Source: an uncultured Planctomycetales bacterium
Lineage (GTDB): Bacteria; Omnitrophota; Gorgyraeia; Zapsychrales; JANLHA01
Assembly: GCA_964489065.1 (NCBI GenBank)
Contig: CAZAXH010000003.1
Coordinates: forward strand, 63,104 to 127,103
Reading direction: 5' to 3'
Length of the DNA stretch: 64,000 nucleotides
Shown: one piece after another, positions 58,972-64,000 of the stretch
How the letters are laid out: each line of letters begins with the position of its first letter
Position numbering within the stretch: the stretch's first letter is position 1
Position numbers and translations under genes: made by a program
The notes under the pieces: model-generated
What the model saw: the letters and a program-made list of their open reading frames with translations, nothing else
The model's database searches: none
What the model was told of the DNA's origin: nothing

Positions 58972-61900
58972 ATGATAGAATTTTTCGTAAAACACCGAGT
59001 TACCACCGTCATGTTTGTTTTAGTATTTGTGGTGCTGGGGGTGTTCAGCTATTCTAATTTGATGATCGAAAAGACCCCGAAGATAGATTTTCCGATTGTC
59101 ACGGTCTCGATAACTTATCCCGGCGCCACGCCGCTGGAAGTGGAGACGCTGGTGGTCAAGAAGGTCGAGGACGCCATTTCCGAGGTTTCCGAGATCAAGA
59201 AGATCAAAAGCCAGTCTTATGACAGTTTCGGCTATGTTTTTGTGGAGTTCCTGCTTTCCGCAGATGTGAATATCAAGTCGATCGAAGTTAAAGATAAGGT
59301 GGAGGCTATTCTTAACGACCTCCCTGACGCCGTAGAGAAACCGGTCGTGGAAAAATATGATCCTCTGATTGAGCCCGTGTTGGACATGGTCCTGACCAGC
59401 GACCGTGGCGACCTGCGGGAAGTTTATGAATACGCCGACAAGACCCTCAAAACCCAGTTTTCTTCTATCCGGGGAGTGGCCAAGGTGGATGTGTATGGAG
59501 GGAAGAAACGACAAATCAATGTCCGGCTTGATCCTATGTTGATGAAGCAGCATTATATCAGCATCCATGAGGTGATTGCTGCCCTTGTGGCCAGGAACAA
59601 GAACGTGCCCGCTGGGGATATTGAAAAGGGGTTTGATGCGCTCAGTGTGCGTTTTACAGGGGAATTCCAGAGCGTGGAGGAAATTGCCGAGACCCGACTG
59701 GTCTCCACGGACGGAGGGGAATTTCGTTTGAAGGATATTGCCGTTGTTGAAGACAGCCACAAGAGAATTTCCACGATCGCTAGGTATAACGGAAAAGAAG
59801 TAGTAGGCCTTTCGGTCAACAAATCTTCCGACGGAAACGCGGTGTTTATTTCTCATCAAATGAAACGCAGGATGGAAGATTTCCGCAAGGGCCTTCCGCA
59901 GGGCATGCATCTGGATATTGCTACGGACACCACGACCTTTATCGTTAATGAAACCGGGGATACGGAAGGGAATATTGTTATAGGTATTGTTTTGACCGTG
60001 GCGCTTTTGTTGCTGTTTTTGGGCCGGTGGGACATGTCGTTCATATCTGCGATCATTATCCCGACGTCCATCCTCTCCACGTTGTTCCCGGTCTGGGCCT
60101 CCGGCTTTTCGATCAACATGATGACCCTGCTGGCCATTGCCACCGTGCTGGGGACATTGATTTCCAATGCTTTGGTCATTCTGGAAAACGTGATGGTTCA
60201 TCTTGACCGCCACGATGACCCCGAACGGGCAGCCATAGAAGGGACCAAAGAGGTTCTTGTCCCGATCATCGCAGCGACCGGAACCAACCTGGTTGTTTTT
60301 ATGCCTATTGCCATGATGGGAGGGATGGTGGGGCTGATGATGAGGTCTTTCGGGCTTACGGTGGTCTACGCCACCTGTTTCTCTTTGCTGGCGTCCTTTT
60401 CTTTGACCCCTATGTTATGTGCGGCCATGCTTAAGCCCAAGAAGCACGAGACGATGCCCAGGGCTAAATGGATGCAGGTGGTCTTCTCCAAGGGCGAACA
60501 AGTTCTGCATATTCTTGACAAAGCCCTGAATTGGCTTAAAACACAATATCGGCATATTTTTGAGCTGATGTTCCATTTCCGGAAGTCCACCATTATTTTG
60601 TGCGGACTGTCCCTCGTGGGGGTGTTTATGCTGGTGCCTTTTGTGGAGAACGATTTTGCTCCTAAGTCGGACGAGGACAAGGTGGTTATTAGTTTTTCTT
60701 TACCTCAGGGGTCCACCATTGAACGCACCGAACAAGTCGTCAAGCAGATCGAATCGTTCCTGGAGACCATTCCGGAGAAGCGGGCTTATTTGTCTCATAT
60801 CGGGGAGAACGGCGTGGAAAATGCGAAGATTACCCTTGATTTGATTCCTTCGGGTCAGCGTAAGCGTTCCGATCTGGATATAATCTCTGTGCTTATCCCG
60901 TTTCTTTCTCGAATTCCGGACGTGGAAGCTGTTTGTATGCGTCAGGGGATGAGCTCGATGACTGACGGAGACGTGGCGATTGATCTTTACGGAACGGATT
61001 ACGCTGTCATGGCTGATCTGGCCCAACAGATGAAAGAGATCATGTATAAGACGGGAAATTTTCAGAGCATCATTTTGTCTTATAAAGCGCCCCAAAAGGA
61101 GATGAGATTGGTCCCCGACGAAGAGAAACTCAACGAATTTGGGCTTAAGGCGGCCAGCGTTGGCGCACTGATGCGGTATTCCATTTACGGCGATGATTCT
61201 AACGTGTATAAAGAAAAGGGAGAGGAATATAAGGTCAACGTGGAGGTGGATGATCGTTATGTCCGGAACTTTGATGACATCAAAGGGATATCTATCCTTT
61301 CCCGCCAAGGACTGATCCCGATCAATGAGTTGGGGGAAGTTAAAATTGATAAGGCCGTTCCCACGATTTGGCGCAGAGACCGTAATCGCATTATTCGGCT
61401 TGATGGATATTTGGGGAAAAGCTCGCTGGGCGTTGTCAGCCGGGATTTGGACAAGAAATTCCGTTCGCTTCGTTTTCCCCCCGGGTATAGCTATAAATAT
61501 TCGGGGTATTCGGAACACATGGAAGAGTCGAATATCGAATTAGGCAAGGCGTTCCTGTTGGCGCTTATTCTCACCTTTATGCTGCTGTGCGCGATCATGA
61601 ATTCCTTGATCGCTTATCCCTTGACGGTCATGACGACAGTGCTTATGTCTTTTGTCGGAATGATTTTAGGGTTGTTTTTTTTGAATCAGAGTATTAATAT
61701 TGCTTCGATGATGGGGATGGTTATGCTTGTGGGCATGGTGGTGAATAACGCGATTTTGCTTTTGGATCAAACACTGGTCAAAATGAAAGAAGGCCTGCCT
61801 GTTCAAGATGCTTTGTGGGAGGGGGCCTCGGATAAATTCCGGGCGATCATCATGACATCTCTGTCCATTATACTGGGTGTCCTGCCGCAATTATGGAGTT

Positions 61901-62034
61901 TGAGCAGAATCAAACAGGCCATGGGTGCGGTCATGATCGGGGGGATGCTGGCTTCGATAGTTTTTACGTTTGTCCTCGTCCCTGTGGTTTTCTGGTATTT
62001 GGATCGATTCGAAAAAATGTTTTCGAGGCCATAG
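58972..62034 (+). CDS. RND-family efflux transporter permease (AcrB/CzcA family)
   Basis: 1020 aa; 12-TM RND architecture with two large periplasmic loops by hydropathy pattern. Confidence 0.9.
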   Translation: MIEFFVKHRVTTVMFVLVFVVLGVFSYSNLMIEKTPKIDFPIVTVSITYPGATPLEVETLVVKKVEDAISEVSEIKKIKSQSYDSFGYVFVEFLLSADVNIKSIEVKDKVEAILNDLPDAVEKPVVEKYDPLIEPVLDMVLTSDRGDLREVYEYADKTLKTQFSSIRGVAKVDVYGGKKRQINVRLDPMLMKQHYISIHEVIAALVARNKNVPAGDIEKGFDALSVRFTGEFQSVEEIAETRLVSTDGGEFRLKDIAVVEDSHKRISTIARYNGKEVVGLSVNKSSDGNAVFISHQMKRRMEDFRKGLPQGMHLDIATDTTTFIVNETGDTEGNIVIGIVLTVALLLLFLGRWDMSFISAIIIPTSILSTLFPVWASGFSINMMTLLAIATVLGTLISNALVILENVMVHLDRHDDPERAAIEGTKEVLVPIIAATGTNLVVFMPIAMMGGMVGLMMRSFGLTVVYATCFSLLASFSLTPMLCAAMLKPKKHETMPRAKWMQVVFSKGEQVLHILDKALNWLKTQYRHIFELMFHFRKSTIILCGLSLVGVFMLVPFVENDFAPKSDEDKVVISFSLPQGSTIERTEQVVKQIESFLETIPEKRAYLSHIGENGVENAKITLDLIPSGQRKRSDLDIISVLIPFLSRIPDVEAVCMRQGMSSMTDGDVAIDLYGTDYAVMADLAQQMKEIMYKTGNFQSIILSYKAPQKEMRLVPDEEKLNEFGLKAASVGALMRYSIYGDDSNVYKEKGEEYKVNVEVDDRYVRNFDDIKGISILSRQGLIPINELGEVKIDKAVPTIWRRDRNRIIRLDGYLGKSSLGVVSRDLDKKFRSLRFPPGYSYKYSGYSEHMEESNIELGKAFLLALILTFMLLCAIMNSLIAYPLTVMTTVLMSFVGMILGLFFLNQSINIASMMGMVMLVGMVVNNAILLLDQTLVKMKEGLPVQDALWEGASDKFRAIIMTSLSIILGVLPQLWSLSRIKQAMGAVMIGGMLASIVFTFVLVPVVFWYLDRFEKMFSRP

Positions 62035-62217
62035 AAGCACAAAATTTTTTGAATGGTTTGTGCGGCGGTTCGATCTTTGAAGGAGGCGGCGTCAGGGGTG
62101 TGGATTTATTGATCGTGTTGACAAAAGGGATGTTTTTGATTTAGGATTTAAAAGATGTTTGGTCAGAAAAAGTTGGCAGAAAGGCCCTTCGGGCCGCAAT
62201 GAACACAGGAATTTTCT

Positions 62218-63510
62218 ATGAAAAACATTTCCATTTTGAACCTCGGAGAAAGGGCCTTTGATTCGCCGCTTTGTCTCAATCACGTGAAAGGCGATGTTTT
62301 GCCGAATTTTATAAATGACGGCGCGAGGGTTTTCAACCGGATTGAATCCGGGGAGGGGTGTTCGGATGAAGAGATGGCCTTTGAAAAGGCGGGTCCGAGA
62401 GATAAAATATTTTTTAATCCGGCGGTGATCCGCGCGGCCATTGTGACCTGCGGCGGACTCTGCCCGGGGCTGAATAACGTAATCCGTTCCCTGGTGTTGG
62501 AACTTTATTATAATTATGGCGTGCGGGACATCTGCGGGATTCCTTACGGTTATCAGGGGATGGGAGAGAATCCGTTGAAACCCATGATGGCGCTTGCGCC
62601 GCAAAAGGTCGATGAAATTAACCGTCAGGGGGGCTCCATCTTGGGATGTTCCCGGGGCACCCCGTCTGTAGAACGAATCGCGGATTTCTTGGTAACACAG
62701 AAAATTGATGTTTTATTTACCGTTGGAGGCGACGGGACCCAGCGGGGCGCGTTGGAGATTTCCCGGGAGGTGCGACGCAGAGGATTGCCGATCGCCATTG
62801 TCGGCGTTCCCAAGACGATTGATAACGACATCAGCTATGTCGATCGGACGTTCGGCGTAGCCACGGCCATTGAGCGGGCGACGGATGTTCTCGAAGCAGC
62901 GCATGCGGAGGCGAGGAGTTATCCGAATGGTATCGCCCTGGTCAAACTGATGGGCCGGGGCTCCGGCTTTGTTGCTGTCGGGGCCACTTTGGCCAGCCAA
63001 CAGGTTAATTTTGTTCTTATCCCGGAATCGTCCTTTAAGCTTAACGGAAAATCAGGGTTTCTTGTCGCCCTGAAGGAACGCGTATTGCGGAGGCACCATG
63101 CTCTTGTTGTGGTGGCCGAGGGGGCCGGGCAGGATCTTTTGCGCGGAACCCGGGAACGGGATGCGTCAGGCAATGTGCTTCTTGGGGATGTAGGGTTGTT
63201 TTTAAAAGAGAACATAGCGGCTTATTTTTCTCAAGAAAACGTGCCGGTTTATTTAAAGTATATCGATCCCAGCTATTACATTCGCAGCGTGCCAGCCAAC
63301 ACAGAAGACAGCATGCTTTGTGATCTGTATGCGAGGCATGCTGTGCATGCGGCCATGTCGGGACGGACAGAAATGATCGTTAGCCTGAGGCGGCAGTTTA
63401 TCCATGTCCCGATGGATATGGCGACATCTGCGCGTCAGAGGATCTCTTTGGACAGCGATATGTGGCGCAGCGTGTTGTCCTCCACCGGGCAACCGGCTTT
63501 ATTTGGCTGA
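62218..63510 (+). CDS. pfk: 6-phosphofructokinase (long form, possibly PPi-dependent)
   Basis: GGLCPGLNNVIRSLV, TVGGDGTQRGA, GVPKTIDNDI, MGRGSGFVA; 430 aa. Confidence 0.85.
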   Translation: MKNISILNLGERAFDSPLCLNHVKGDVLPNFINDGARVFNRIESGEGCSDEEMAFEKAGPRDKIFFNPAVIRAAIVTCGGLCPGLNNVIRSLVLELYYNYGVRDICGIPYGYQGMGENPLKPMMALAPQKVDEINRQGGSILGCSRGTPSVERIADFLVTQKIDVLFTVGGDGTQRGALEISREVRRRGLPIAIVGVPKTIDNDISYVDRTFGVATAIERATDVLEAAHAEARSYPNGIALVKLMGRGSGFVAVGATLASQQVNFVLIPESSFKLNGKSGFLVALKERVLRRHHALVVVAEGAGQDLLRGTRERDASGNVLLGDVGLFLKENIAAYFSQENVPVYLKYIDPSYYIRSVPANTEDSMLCDLYARHAVHAAMSGRTEMIVSLRRQFIHVPMDMATSARQRISLDSDMWRSVLSSTGQPALFG

Positions 63511-63659
63511 TTCCTCAAAAACGAAACAAGACAGTGATGACCGGACAACCTCCGATCCGTTTTAATGACAACGTCAAGCATTCTCGCGTAATTTGATAAG
63601 ATCAGCCGGCGGTATTTCCCGATGGGGGAGCCCCGGGCAGAGGAAAAGGCCGAGGTGTT

Positions 63660-64000
63660 ATGAAAAAAATTTTCCATAAGGGCAATTCTCGTCCTTCCTC
63701 CATTTGGAGGATAGAGGATCGAGCGGCCATTAGGATTATTCGCCTTCAAGGGCCGACGGATATGGAAACAGTGGCCGAGCTTGAAAGCTTCTGGAAAAAG
63801 ATGGAAGGCCAGAAGAATTTTCGGCATAAAGATATATTGCTTGATTTCGAGAAGGTCACTCACACCGACTCGGCGACCGTGGCGGCTTTAATCAATGCGA
63901 CCGCTATTCTTAAAAAAGAACACCATAAGCTGGGGATGATTAACCTCGGAGAAAAGCTGCGCAGTTTGTTTGAAATTTTTCAGGTTAATAATCTTGTTTA
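63660..64000 (+). CDS. STAS-domain protein (anti-sigma-factor antagonist-like), 3' end beyond the window
   Basis: Hand translation from ATG 63660: MKKIFHKGNSRPSSIWRIEDRAAIRIIRLQGPTDMETVAELESFWKKM...ILLDFEKVTHTDSATVAALINATAILKK (SpoIIAA-like pattern). Confidence 0.55.
   Translation, partial: MKKIFHKGNSRPSSIWRIEDRAAIRIIRLQGPTDMETVAELESFWKKMEGQKNFRHKDILLDFEKVTHTDSATVAALINATAILKKEHHKLGMINLGEKLRSLFEIFQVNNLV

Noticed and set aside
59020-60213. 397-aa minus-strand ORF
   Set aside because: Antisense to the RND permease; His/Arg/Gly-rich low-complexity translation typical of a shadow ORF (the 272-aa ORF at 60700..61518 is rejected for the same reason)

Overview
This 64-kb window appears to be a chromosomal region around the replication origin of a low-GC, probably small-genome bacterium.

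Housekeeping core (read from protein motifs only, no database search was possible):
- Origin block on the minus strand: dnaA, dnaN, a DUF721/DciA-like gene, gyrB, gyrA.
- On the plus strand: rpmH-yidD-yidC with no rnpA between them, parAB, yicC-gmk-rpoZ-coaC, a tRNA cluster, thrS-infC-rpmI-rplT, pheST, rarA, rny-ymdB, gltX, and a TetR-regulated RND efflux operon.
- Six tRNAs in total: Glu, Cys, Leu, Val, Gln.

Unusual part (positions 1-22,400, all on the minus strand): a non-canonical Tad/Flp-type pilus locus.
- Assembly genes: CpaB, a secretin carrying a C-terminal TonB_C-like domain, a single TadZ/CpaE-TadA/CpaF fusion ATPase, and TadB/TadC.
- Pilin genes: seven tandem, divergent Flp prepilin paralogs with extended C-termini and a G/Q-x-x-x-E-Y processing motif.
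- Disulfide-rich module: a TadE-like and a TadG-like pseudopilin, a 146-aa Cys-rich Flp-like protein, and a 1349-aa Cys/Asp/Pro-rich giant protein.
- Immediately downstream of tadC: a giant membrane protein of more than 1190 aa running off the window edge, which carries a secreted peptidase C39-like domain.
- No A24 prepilin peptidase (TadV) is visible in the window.

Smaller observations: two paralogous structured intergenic elements upstream of ymdB and gltX, a promoter-to-terminator small-RNA candidate between pheT and rarA, several long inverted repeats, and N-terminally shortened aminoacyl-tRNA synthetases (ThrRS without a TGS domain, short PheT and GluRS).

No CRISPR arrays, rRNA genes or clear IS elements were seen. 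The combination of giant ORFs, Tad pili and streamlined synthetases resembles what has been described for Omnitrophota-like nanobacteria; this is inference only.
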